A stretch of DNA of 63,981 nucleotides, the filler included, from Jimgerdemannia flammicorona (Eukaryota): NCBI GenBank assembly GCA_003990765.1. It is 3 parts of 3 records of this genome, joined end to end, with 100 filler letters (N's around TTAATTAATTAA, not from the genome) between each part and the next. Parts side by side here need not be neighbours in the genome. Positions count along the whole stretch, not along the records: positions 21,548 to 42,993 come from RBNJ01001451.1; positions 43,094 to 63,981 come from RBNJ01001572.1; 1 more part is not named here. One strand, written 5' to 3'. The notes beneath the pieces were generated by a model. It ran no database searches, was not told where the DNA came from, and worked only from the letters and a program-made list of their open reading frames with translations. Below, one piece after another: positions 41,401 to 52,624 of this stretch. The translations under genes and the position numbers were made by a program. Each line of letters starts with the position of its first letter. The stretch's first letter is position 1.

Positions 41401-42723
41401 CCTCTACTCCTTTACTAGCCCAGACACTGGCTTCGACACCCCCAGATACCTCAGCCCCAACTGCCTTCTTCTTTGCCTCAACTATCCTACTTGCCAGTAG
41501 CTCCCTCTGCCTCCTGCACCCCTGCACCCACTCCCACTGCCCCTTGTCCATGTGGATATGCTTCCCCTCCACTACCTCCAGATGCTTTGACTCCTCATAC
41601 ATCTTCCAGGCCCTTGCCCTCCTCTCCACAGCTTCACTCATCTCCTCCAGTACCTCCAACAAGTCCTCCTCCTCCTCCTCACTCCCCTTCACCCTTGACA
41701 CCTTACAGATGAACACCCCCCACATCAGCACAGAAGGCCAGTCACTTGCCTTCTCCATGGCCTCCTTTCCTGCCAGCCGAATCCTGACATCAACATCACC
41801 TGTCCTGATCATCATCCCCTCCCACACCTGAAAGCTGATGTCCATCATGACACCATACTCAATCATCACCTCCTCCACCTGCTTCCTAGTTTCCACCTTA
41901 GTCACCATGGGCACCCCCTTCACCAGAAGCTGCACCACCCTGGGGTCCCACCTCAAGCACTGCACCATGGGGACCACCATCTCCCCAACCATGACTCTAG
42001 TCTTCAGTGCCTCATTCAGTGGACCGGCCTCCTCAAAGCCCACCTTGACTCCCTCCAGACCCTTCAAGAACTTCACTGAGGCCACCCCAGCCACCTGTTT
42101 CAAAACAAGCCCCAGAACCATCCTTGCCATCACCACCAAGCCCCAGAAACACAAGGTCACCACAAACTCCAAGATCAAATTCTTGAGCAACAGGGTCACT
42201 GCCAGCCCCATTACACCATCTGCCAGGTCCCCCTTCCACATTGGGAACCCCTGCCCCACCTGGCCATCAGCCATCACATCTTCTTTTTTTTCCTGATTCC
42301 CTATCACACTCCTATCAACAGTTATACCCCCAGCCACAGCACTGCCAGCCCCTACACCTGTACTCCCAGCTGGAGCACTGCTCTCCCTCTCAAGGCTCGC
42401 CTTGCCCTTCCCCTCAGCAGCACCAGCCCTATTACCAGCCGGCCACCCACTCTCCTTAACCTTGTCTGTAAAGCTTGGGAGACCAGATCTTCCCCCATTG
42501 CCACTGGACACTGGTCCCCCTCCATAGTCTTCTCCATTCTTCAGTCCACTGAAGGCCCCCATCCCCAGAACATAACCCCTTCCTACCTGCTGCTAGTCGA
42601 AAGCCCTAGATCTACCTGACCTAGTATGCGCACCTGTATGGTCATTGCTCTCCATGTTGCTAGTCACCTTTCACCAAAAACATTGTCAAAAGTATTGCCT
42701 GAGTCTTGTGTCACCTGAATGTT
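38449..42723 (-). mobile_element. LINE D (subfamily 2): 5' end, ORF1 and ORF2 to just past FADD, interrupted by C
   Basis: 5' terminus AACATTCAGGTGACAC. ORF1 at 41225-42562. APE motif LFLLQD. RT motifs FLDQEK, GVPQGDPLSP, AFADD. Confidence 0.88.
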
Positions 42724-42759
42724 ACCAGTGGAAGGTGAAGTTACCAGTGAAAGGTAAAG

Positions 42760-42977
42760 CTCCATCACTATATGCCAACTTTCAATATCAGCCTGCCTTC
42801 CTTGACCACCCACTCCTCCTGCTCCAGCATCCATCCCAGCTACTACTACAAAACTCTTTGAAAGGCCCAGGCCAGGCCTCCTTCTCTCCAAGTGCTCTAA
42901 GCTTGATGAACCCTGGGTCACCATTTGATGAAGACTCTGCAGAATTTGACAAAACTTGATGTAGACTGTTACTAGAC
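42760..42977 (-). mobile_element. LINE G (subfamily 1): start of ORF1, interrupted by D; poly(A) tail of a further element at 42978-42993
   Basis: MVTQGSSSLEHLERRRPGLGL matches the ORF1 N-termini of A and B. A poly(T) run on + abuts its 5' UTR. Confidence 0.75.
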
Positions 42978-42993
42978 TTTTTTTTTTTTTTTT

Positions 42994-43093
42994 NNNNNNN
43001 NNNNNNNNNNNNNNNNNNNNNNNNNNNNNNNNNNNNNTTAATTAATTAANNNNNNNNNNNNNNNNNNNNNNNNNNNNNNNNNNNNNNNNNNNN
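42994..43093. other. Artificial assembly gap spacer (N44-TTAATTAATTAA-N44)
   Basis: Exactly 100 bp, linker at 43038-43049. Confidence 0.95.
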
Positions 43094-43187
43094 CAAGATG
43101 ACCCAAGCCAAAATGAAGACCACGTTATTTAAGGAACCCTACTCCGCCTCTAGGATCGGCACCAAAGAACCAAGTACCCACCACACA

Positions 43188-44174
43188 ATGCCTCCTATTC
43201 GCCGAACCAACCAGACCTCCTGCCACTCTACCCCTTTGCCTGGCCCAAAGACCCTGATCTTTGAAGCTATCAAGAAGGCCATCTGGCGCCCAGATACTTC
43301 CGAACACTTGAACTTCTACACTGAGGACCTTGGACACTTCATCAACTACTGGTATATAATGACCCAACAGCTCAAAGACACTACCAAACAAATGACCCTC
43401 TGGCATGACTATGAAATTGGACACCGCCTTCGCAATGAGACTCAAGAAGGTGACCAGGAAGACCTCATTGCCGAAATGTTAACCACCAGCTGGCTAATCA
43501 AGAGAGCCCTCCGCGTCCATCAAATCTTCTGCCATATTCCCTGGGCTATAGCACACTTGCAAGGAGTAACAGCTGGTAGCCTCTCCCATCTATCAACTGA
43601 AGATGCTGACTGGATAGAATCCGAAGTAGCCAATGCTATTGGCAGCAACTGCATTACCGTAGGAAGCCAACAAACTGAACCTACTCAACCAGGTTTCCAC
43701 ACCACCCCACTCCGAGACAACCATCAAGGTCACCTAATGAGTCTTATGGAGATATTTGAAGGACTGCCCATCACTATAGAGACACCCGTTGGAGCTACCC
43801 CAACCACCCACCACCCTGTCAGCTACAATTCACACCTCATCATTTGGGAACCAAATCAAGAAGAAGCCCAAGAAGTTCCTGTCTTTGAAGAGGAGACCCA
43901 AGAATTCCAAGACCCTGCCCCTGAGGAAACCCCCTCTGACACTGAAACTGACGAGCCTTCAGAAGAAGAAGAGGAGCAACAAAGAGTCTACCAGTCCTCT
44001 GTCCGCATTCAAGCTGTTCAAGGGTTGGAAAATGTTGTTGAAGATGACTGGCCACTTTTCTACCCCCTCACCTCTTGGCCAGCGCTTCCCCCTTTTGAGG
44101 AGAGATATGATGAAGAAGAAATCGCAACTCAGCAAGATTTGCCCACCGTGGACGAATGGTACTATTCCCTCTAG
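43188..44174 (+). CDS. Intact TE-encoded protein of unknown function (long ORF3 homolog, acidic/Pro-rich C-terminus); frame open from 43098
   Basis: Stop-free ORF. ALRVHQIF...IAHLQGVT aligns with Gypsy ORF3 AKRIYKLF...IDHLRGVT. The MPP start codon is conserved in copy 1. Confidence 0.7.
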   Translation: MPPIRRTNQTSCHSTPLPGPKTLIFEAIKKAIWRPDTSEHLNFYTEDLGHFINYWYIMTQQLKDTTKQMTLWHDYEIGHRLRNETQEGDQEDLIAEMLTTSWLIKRALRVHQIFCHIPWAIAHLQGVTAGSLSHLSTEDADWIESEVANAIGSNCITVGSQQTEPTQPGFHTTPLRDNHQGHLMSLMEIFEGLPITIETPVGATPTTHHPVSYNSHLIIWEPNQEEAQEVPVFEEETQEFQDPAPEETPSDTETDEPSEEEEEQQRVYQSSVRIQAVQGLENVVEDDWPLFYPLTSWPALPPFEERYDEEEIATQQDLPTVDEWYYSL

Positions 44175-44580
44175 AGTACCGCCTATCAGCTGTGAGAACC
44201 AAGCTTTTAGTCAGCATCCGTTTTCAGCATTGCCACCCCCCCACAACCGTTTCTGGCAACAATCAGCAATCATGTCAGCTCATCTGAATTCAGCGTTGCT
44301 ACCCAGTACCACCGTTTTCAGCATTTTGTCAGCAAGTCCGTTTTCAGCGTTGCTACCCTCCACAACCGCTTCTGGCAACAATCGCCGCATCCATATCCGT
44401 CCGTATCAGCAAGTCAGCAAGTCCGAATCCAGCATTGCTACCCAGCACAACCGAATCCAGCATTGCTATCCAGTGCAACCATTTTCAGCATCTTGTCAGC
44501 AAGTCAGTCCTTCACATCATGCAAGCCAATAGCATAGCGAAGTTTGCCACAACGTAGTATACCTTAGCCTTAGTCGCGCC

Positions 44581-44639
44581 CCCTCATAGCTAGCAAACTT
44601 GTATAAATAACCCATATTCTTAGAGTGAATAAACCTCAG
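44581..44639 (+). promoter_or_regulatory. LTR core with TATA box (TATAAATA) and poly(A) signal (AATAAA)
   Basis: Near-identical block in all five Gypsy LTRs (e.g. 62985-63041) and at ~10241-10295. Confidence 0.65.
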
Positions 44640-44994
44640 CCAGATAGTTTTACAGAGAAAACACACTGCCTCCAAGAGACCGGATAAATTCTGAGAACAA
44701 GATAACCTAGAGCAACGGATTGCTCGGAAGTTTGAGTTAAAGAATTTTCTCTTGCCACGGAAAGAAAGAAAACATTCAAGACCCGCCGCTAAGGAAAGCC
44801 GCACTAGACCACCATTTCGACTGCCATTCAAGACCACGGACCACCCGCAAGCCAGATAGTTTTACAGAGAAAACACACTGCCTCCAAGAGACCGGATAAA
44901 TTCTGAGAACAAGATAACCTAGAGCAACGAATCGCTTGGAAGTTTGAGTTAAAGAATTTTCTCTTGCCACGGAAAGAAAGAAAACATTCAAGAC
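44639..44994. repeat. Direct duplication of ~145 bp (44639-44782 / 44851-44994)
   Basis: GCCAGATAGTTTTACAGAGAAAACACACTGCC...AAAACATTCAAGACC occurs twice here and only once in copy 1. Confidence 0.9.
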
Positions 44995-45896
44995 CAGACC
45001 GCCATTCGAGACCCGAGACCCAGACGAGGTTTCAAGACCATGACCGCCGCCATTCGGACCGCTATCCAGACCGCGCAATTCGACCGCCATTCGAGATTCA
45101 AGACCCGGAAACCCAAGGATACCCAGCCAAAGGATACAAGACAGCTGCCAAAGACCCGAACGACCGCCAGGAACCTAACAAGTTAAGACGGATGGGCGAG
45201 CCATCAACCTCCATTTTTTCCGAGCTACTGCGCCACGAACCGCTTAAAGTCAAGACTGTCAAGACTGTCGCCATATAAATTCAAGTTTGCCGTCAAGTTA
45301 ATCGCTGCCAGGAAACTTAGCCAGCATAATCGCCGCCCTTATCCACTAAACAATTGAGCCATCGACGTCCTGAGCCATCGTTGAAAGATCTCCCGCTATT
45401 ATCAGTTATCACACGAATCGAACGAGCCGATCACGTGACCAACGACCCGTAACCGTCGCGAACGTCACCAACGCACTCAGTTATACATCGCGCGCTTCAC
45501 CAAGTAGCATACATTGAGCTGTGCAGTCAAAGTTCATTATACATAACCAACATCACAATAGATATCTCAATAAGTATATCTATATAGAACTTCTGATCTC
45601 TTTTTTCTCTGAACTATATATTATATGAAATGACTATATGCTGCTTATATAGATCTCATAGTCTATATATCTTACTAATGCTGGAATACTTAAGAAATAT
45701 GCTTGCTGGCTTTTAGCTTGAATTTATACCAATTGATATTACTTTCATCAAGGACATATATATGATATCCAAATATATATAGATGAGATATATCAGACTT
45801 AGTTTTACTCTACAATTCTTCAAGAGTAAGATTGTCATCCTTAAACTTATTGTTGTCAGCTTCCTTACTTAGTGCTCAAGATACATATTAATTATG

Positions 45897-46147
45897 CATA
45901 TATCCCTTATGTCATAATTAGATACAGACAAATACATCTATAAAAAAATTATTATTTTTATATAAAATTTTGATATAATATTTAATTTAAATTTTTTAAA
46001 TTTTTTTTTTTTGATAAAACTCAAAAATTATATTTTGAAATTTTTTTTGGACATAAAATTTGATGTAAAATTTTTAATAAAAAAATTTTTTAATTTAATT
46101 TTTTTTTGCAGACAAATTTATCTGCAAATTGATATAAGAGATATATG
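45897..46147. mobile_element. Small AT-rich MITE-like insertion
   Basis: Inverted ends CATATATCCCTTATGTCA / TGATATAAGAGATATATG interrupt the Copia integrase remnant. ATATTAAT is repeated nearby on both sides. Confidence 0.55.
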
Positions 46148-48250
46148 TTACTATATTAATAACTTTGGCCCAATAATAATATCCTAATTCTGCTGTATTC
46201 ATTATTATTCAAGCCATTTCAACAATTGAATGATTAAATCACTTAGCCATACTATTCTGCTGAGGTATATAAGGAGCTATCATTTGATAGTATATACTAT
46301 ATTTCTTCAAGAACTGCTTAAATACATTATTGACATATTTACATCAGTTATCTGATTACATAGTACCTAATCTATATCTTGTTTCATTCTTAGTAATTAT
46401 TTTGAATTTTTTAAATTTCTTCAAGACTTTACTCTTTACTGATAGAAAATATACATATACTTTATATATACATATAATTATTGATAAATATGATGGAATA
46501 CTCTTTCTAAAGTATAATGATACATGCATTAGCCTGCAAATATCCATATATATAAGGTTAAGAATTCTGGATACATACTTTAATTATTCTTTAAATAGTC
46601 ACTGAGATGTTTTATTTTCCATACATACTTTGTAGAAGTTATCTTCCAGATGTATATTTTTCAGTAATTCATTTATCAAGCCACTTTAGATCATCCTTTC
46701 AATGCTTAATTTACTGATATGTTCAAAGTATTGATGCTATGTATTGATATATTAGATATAGTTATTATATATACAGAGGCTTCTACATTATTTTTATTCA
46801 GCATACTATTGATTGTATAAAGATTCCCATATTTCAGAGCTGTTATTACTTCATTATTATATAAATCATATATATATAGTAGTATTCTTTATATGTATGT
46901 ATATTTCTTTATTACTATAGAATATCATCTTTTCTATCTAAAAGAGATTCTTATCAATCTTTAGAGTATATAATATATCTAGGAATATGTTGGTGAGTTC
47001 TATGATATTACTATAGAGATGTATCCTCATATTTTCTTTCCTTAAGTGTAGATGATATTGTTATCTTTTAATTTAATAGATATAAAGTATTTGAAAAACT
47101 CATATATAAAGAACTATTCTCTGTGTGGCATTATATATTATATAGCTCCAGAATCTATGAGTTAGATATTATTGTTATTAGCTTTATTGATATTTATACT
47201 AGTATTACTGGTGTCATTATTTTACTTTGGGTGAAAAATATTTTACTGACTAGTTATGGATAATGAATTGATAGTAGAGAAACTGCTCATATGTAGATGT
47301 AGATTTCATGCTGACTTTCATGCTGATACAACTGATAGTAGGGTCATCTATATATTGCATAAAGAATATATCACTATTATTATCTGCTTTTGAATTTTAT
47401 ATATTGCTATACTTCTATTTATCTCAATAGTTCTCATGATGACTGTTATTGCACTTATTCTTACTACTCTCCTTGTCATTTTCTCAATGATAACAGTGGT
47501 GCTTCTTATATCCATACTTGCTATAGTATTTACAGTATCTATCATACTTGATTGATTGACTGGATTGGTTATTATCATATTGATTTTGGATTTTGGTTTA
47601 TTGCTCATATAGTCTGCACTTTTGACCTTATTTGACACTACATCCACAGGACCCATAGAAGGGATTTTCATTATTATTGGTGGTACTCTTTCCTTGGTAC
47701 ATTTTCTCATTCATGAGACTCATTATTATATAGGTATACTCTATGAGCTTGCTGCTCTTATATATGGTTATTATTATGATATGATATATCTTAAAGAGGT
47801 TTCTAATAAGAGCCAAGACCTTGTCTTATCACTTATATCTTATACTGATATGCTTAGGAAATTCATCTGATTTACCAGATTGTTGATATGACTGACATAT
47901 TCATGGATTATTTCATTTGAATTTATTTATAGATTAAATAGCTGAGTTATTGGGTGGAATTGATTTGATACAGATACTTACATATGATGATTGCATAGAG
48001 TCTTCCATATCTTGTGAGCTATTCCAGCATATATTATAAGCTTTATTTGTAAATTTAACAGTATGAATATAATCTCATATAAAGCTTAATAATTATTTAC
48101 AATATTGTAATCTTGAATTAGCACTTATAGCTTTATATTCTCTACCAAACTGCATTCATCAAGATGATTTATCATATAAAACACCCAAATTACATAGTCT
48201 CTCCCATCAAAGATTGATATAGATCTCTTAGCTATATTTATACTTATAAC

Positions 48251-48669
48251 TAGTGCTCCCAAATGAGTTGAATCAATTCGAATCGAATCGAATTGAGGGG
48301 TAAATGAATTGAATTGGGGATTTTTCAATTTGAATCAATTTGAATCAAATCAAAAGTTGAATCGAATTAAGGGTCTGATTTGAACCCTAATTTTCAAAAT
48401 GCAATAACTCAGCATAAACTCATCCAAATTTAATATACTTTAGCTTGTTAGAATCACATTAATATGGTGAATCTAATAAGCTAAAATATGTTAAATCTGG
48501 ATGAGTGTTCGTCGAGTTATTACATTTTGAAAATTAAGGTTTGAATCAAACTTTGAATTGAATTGGACCTTTGATTCGATTCAAATCGAATCGAATTGGA
48601 CCCTTGATTCGATCGAATCAAATCAAGTTTGGGCCAAATTCGATTTGATTTGATTCGTTGGAAGCACTA
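48251..48669. mobile_element. hAT-superfamily MITE, 419 bp
   Basis: TIRs TAGTGCTCCCAA / TTGGAAGCACTA, perfect 8-bp TSD CTTATAAC (48243-48250, 48670-48677), subterminal GAATC/GATTC repeats. Confidence 0.9.
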
Positions 48670-48701
48670 CTTATAACTAGGACTGTGTTTTATATACCTA
48701 T

Positions 48702-49166
48702 TGTAATGTGGTGGATGCTAAGATGGGCAAGTACATCAGATCTCTTTATCTTGAATTCTTGTCTTCTTGACTCCCAGAGTCGGTAGTTCCTTGAGGCCAA
48801 ATGTGTTTAAAGAGGTAATCCCGAAGGTTCTTTTATTGGTATACTTGTTCTTTTTCTAATACTTTCGATCTGAGGTTTATTCACTCTAAGATACTGGGTT
48901 ATTTATACAAGTTTGCTAGCTATGAGAGGGTGGCTAAGTAATAAATGAGTCATTTGGACTTTGTCGAAATATTTGGACAATGTCTAAATGCTATACTAAA
49001 TTGGGATGTTCGATTTGGATAATGTCTAAAGATTTGGACAATGTCTAAGAATTTAGACAATGTTGAAATCGAGAACTGCTTTTATAAGACTATACTACTT
49101 TGGGACTGGGTGTGATCAAGTGTTTATTCCCTATTTCCTTCTTCCAAATTTGGCTGTACCATCACA
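48702..49166 (-). repeat. 3' LTR of Gypsy B
   Basis: Direct repeat of 59986-60451. Confidence 0.95.
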
Positions 49167-49215
49167 ACTTCCTCCTGAATAGATGGTCTCATCCCTGAGG
49201 TATCTATTCAAACTC

Positions 49216-49641
49216 CTAGGCTTCAACCATCTGTATGGTCTTGTACTGTACAATTTGCTGCATGACTGTTTCCCAATGATGTCTTCTTACTTTCTTGAAG
49301 TCAGTGGGAGTTACTCCTCTCAGGTGGTCTATTGTTGATTCATCTTCTTGGAATAACTTGTAGATTCTTTTGGCAATAGTGATCTGTAAGTGGGAGAGTT
49401 GACACTCGGCAATCCAGGCCTCTTTGGTCTTTGCAGGATCCTGATTGAGCACCTGTCTAAGCTTGAAGTACTCTTGGAATTCTGCCCAATATTGATAGGC
49501 TCTAAAGTACGAGATCTGAGAGAGATGAGTCTGCATGATACTCTGAATATCCTCATAGTATGCCTGTATGGTTGGAGGCTCAGTAGTGTGCCATTGTCTT
49601 TCGATGGCTCTTTGGACAGCACTAGTGATCTTGAGTGCCAT
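49216..49641 (-). CDS. Gypsy ORF3, intact 141-aa protein of unknown function between pol and the PPT
   Basis: Stop-free ORF whose ATG overlaps the last ~20 nt of pol (pol stop at 49622-49624). Homologs in Gypsy A and family X. Confidence 0.75.
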   Translation of the reverse strand: MALKITSAVQRAIERQWHTTEPPTIQAYYEDIQSIMQTHLSQISYFRAYQYWAEFQEYFKLRQVLNQDPAKTKEAWIAECQLSHLQITIAKRIYKLFQEDESTIDHLRGVTPTDFKKVRRHHWETVMQQIVQYKTIQMVEA

Positions 49642-52624
49642 TGCAGTACTTTGGTTGGTACTTCTTGAGTCAGTTTCGATGAATGGTGGTGGGGATTATT
49701 GTGCCTGAGGGCTTTCATAGCCAGAAAGTAGTCTCTTTTATATCTTGTACCAGATAAGGTCCTTCCCACTTAGGCTCCAGTTTTCATGATCAAGAAGCTT
49801 CTACCATATTCCAATATACTAGGACTTCATCTCCTATCTTGATAATCTCCAGGGGTTGTGGGTTTTTTCTACATTGTTCTGTTGTAGTGTCTGCACCTTG
49901 ATTATGTAATCCTCTGCCTTTTTCCTTATTTGATGTAATCTCCATATCTCTGTATCCATATGCTTCCAGACTGCATCATTAGTTGCTGACAAACTTCCAC
50001 CAGAACCTTCTTTACCAAATAGCATTTCTCGTAGTGTAAAATGGGTGCTTTGTGATTGTATATCCTGCAGAGCAGATAATGCTATTGGTAGATAGTGGTC
50101 CCAGTTTCCATATTTGTCACAGATCTTGGCAATGATGTTCTTGAGGGTCTTGTTGATTCTTTCTGCTTGTCCATTTCCTTGTGGGTGATAGGCTGTAGTC
50201 TTGATGTGTTGGATCTTGTACTTCTTGTAAAGAACCTCATGGAACTGGTTGACAAATTCTGTTCCTCTGTCTGTAGTAACTTGTTTTGGGGTCTTGAATT
50301 GGCAGATGATATCTCTGTGAAAGAAATCGACAATTGACTGTGCATTGGCTTTCTTGAGGGGTCCAGCCTCTACCTATTTTGTAAATAGATCCAATATTAC
50401 AATGACATATCAGTTGCCAGTCAATGTCAGGGGTAGAGGGCCAATTACATCCATTGCAATGTGGGTAAATGGTATTGGTTCGATGTCTGCTAATCCAGGG
50501 GCTTGATCCCATCAGTCTTGTTTCTGTTTCTAGCATTTGTCATAGGTTCTAACAAATTGTCTGATATCTTCTTCCATTCCAGGCCACCACATGGTTCTTT
50601 TTGCTTTGTCATATGTATTTGTTCCTCCTACATGACTCTGTTCATATACTTCTTTCATTACTTGATTCTTCTAGTACTCGGGGATGACTAATTGTTGTCC
50701 TTTCTTGAGTGTTTCTCCATCAGTTTCGAATTGTTTCCATGTCCAATTAATAATTGTTTTTGTCCATTCTTCTAGATGCGGGGGCATCTTTCGCTGCCCC
50801 AGGTAGCTGATGATTCCATAGTACAGCTCCCTATTCATGGTGATTTTGTGGGGGTGGGGTCCTTCAGGGTGTCTATGAGAGGGCATCAGCATTGGCATTG
50901 GTTCTTCCAGGGTGGTGAGTGATCATGGCATCATATGCTTGCAGCTTTATGATCCATCAGGCATAGATTCCTTTGGGCTCACTGGTAGTGAGCAACCAGG
51001 TGAGTGCTGAATGATCTGTCTGGATGGTGAAGTGTCTGCCAGCCAGATAGTAGTGGAACTTCTCCATAGCCCAGATGACTGCAAGGCATTCCAACTTGTA
51101 TGATTCATAGGACTGCTTGGCTCCTCGGGTACCTTGGCTGAGATAAGCTACCATATATTCAGCACCATTCTTCTTTTGTGCAAGGACAGCTCCAAGTCTC
51201 ATTGCACTGGCATCCATCTGCAGAATAAACTCTTGAGTCCAGTCAGGTCTTCTCAGGATTGGGGCCTGGGTCAATCTGGTCTTGAGCTCATCAAAGGCTA
51301 GTTGCTGCTGCTGAGTCCACTAGAACTTAACCTCTTTTCTGAACAGATTATAGATAGGGCTGGCGATGTGGGAAAATCTTCTAATAAATCTTCTGTAGTA
51401 GGATGCAAGTCCCATGAAGGCTTGGGCTTCCATGATACTAGTAGGTACTGGGTATCCTGCTACTGCTTTGATTTTTGTGGGGTCTGTGTGTATTCCTTCA
51501 TGGTTGATAATGTGTCCGAGGTATGCAATCTCTTCTTCTCTGTACTTGCATTTCTTGGGCTTGATGTAGAGGCCATGTTTGTGAAGTCTTCTGAGGATTT
51601 CCTCAACATATTCCAAGTGCTCCTTGGCTGTTCAGCTGAAGATGATCACATCATCTACATATACCATCATCCATTTTTCCATAACATCCCTGAAGATGCT
51701 GTTCATCATTTGCTGGAAGCTTGCTGGTGCATTGCACATTCCAAAAGGCATGCAAAGATAGACATAGGTTCCATCAGGAGTGATGAAGGCTGATCTTTTG
51801 CTGGCTTCAGGTGTAAGGCCAATTTGGTAAAATCCTGAGAACAGATCCAGAGTGGTGTAGAATTGTGATTCATTTCCCAGCATGATAAGAATATTGCCAA
51901 TGTTTGGCAATGGTTGTCTGTCCTTCTCTGTGACCTCGTTGAGTCTTCTATAGTCTGTGCAGAGTCTTGGTGTAAATTCTCCTGGTTGGCTTCCTTTTTT
52001 TGGTACAAGGATGATGGGGGAGGACTAAGGGCTGCTGGCTTCTTCAATGATACTGGATTCCTCCATTTCCTTGATCTCTGCCTTGAGCCATTCTCTGTAT
52101 GCTGGTGGAATGGGGCGGGCCTTCTGATAGATTGGCTTTGCATCTCCAGTATTGATGTCATGATAATACAAGAGTTTCTTGGTCTTGATGTCCTTGAAAT
52201 CTGTGGCCAGTACATCTTTGAATGTATGCAAGAGGCTCTGCAATTCTTCCCTTAGGGGAAAGTTCCTTCCAATTGTATAGGTGTGTTTGTCTTGGCTTTC
52301 CTCCTTCTTGTGCTCCAACTCAGTGATCTTAGTTACTGTGAGGACTCCTCTTTCTGTAGAGCCGAATCCAGCTCTCCCTCGCTGAGTTTGTCTGATGTTT
52401 GTGACCTCCTTGATTCTTGGATTAAGGACAGATAGGATGAGCATTTGTGCCAGCTGATCCTTCTTCCTTACTTCAAATGGGATTGTTGGGATGTGGTTCC
52501 CGGCAAGGAGAAGGATTTCTCCAGTATAATCCGAATTGATGACTCCTCCTTCTATAGATATTTTGCTTTTCACCAGGCAACTCCTTGTCTTGAGGATTCT
52601 GAAATGGTTTGGTGGGATGGTTAC

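Larger units (their letters stand above)
43094..45525 (+). mobile_element. Gypsy-related repeat family X, copy 2 (ORF3 homolog plus LTR-like segment); left part lost in the gap
   Basis: Inverted homolog of 9665-11775. Shares the core TAGCTAGCAAACTTGTATAAATAACC...GAGTGAATAAACCTCAG with the Gypsy LTRs. Confidence 0.8.
45531..48701 (-). mobile_element. Old degraded Ty1/Copia relic (gag to integrase), host of two MITEs and of Gypsy B
   Basis: Minus-strand remnants SIFDGRDYVIWVFYMINHLDECSL (gag, cf. PVFDGKDYAIWAY in the younger Copia), APYIPQQNSMA (integrase) and NLTLEEL..KSDISHL. A possible decayed PBS lies near 60490 on the far side of Gypsy B. Confidence 0.8.

Noticed and set aside
21333..42993. 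HeT-A/TART-like telomeric retrotransposon array
   Set aside because: Junctions join intact 5' ends to interrupted bodies, and the one resolved tail-to-head junction is explained by a TSD. This is nesting, not terminal addition. No telomeric repeats are present.
43789..44532. 247-aa overlapping ORF
   Set aside because: Alternative frame of the family-X ORF running into repeats. The matching frame in copy 1 is short.
9665..45525. Family-X copies as terminal inverted repeats of one 36-kb giant element
   Set aside because: The copies differ by many substitutions, indels and repeat content, two assembly gaps separate them, and no TSD or cargo logic is seen. Independent insertions are simpler.
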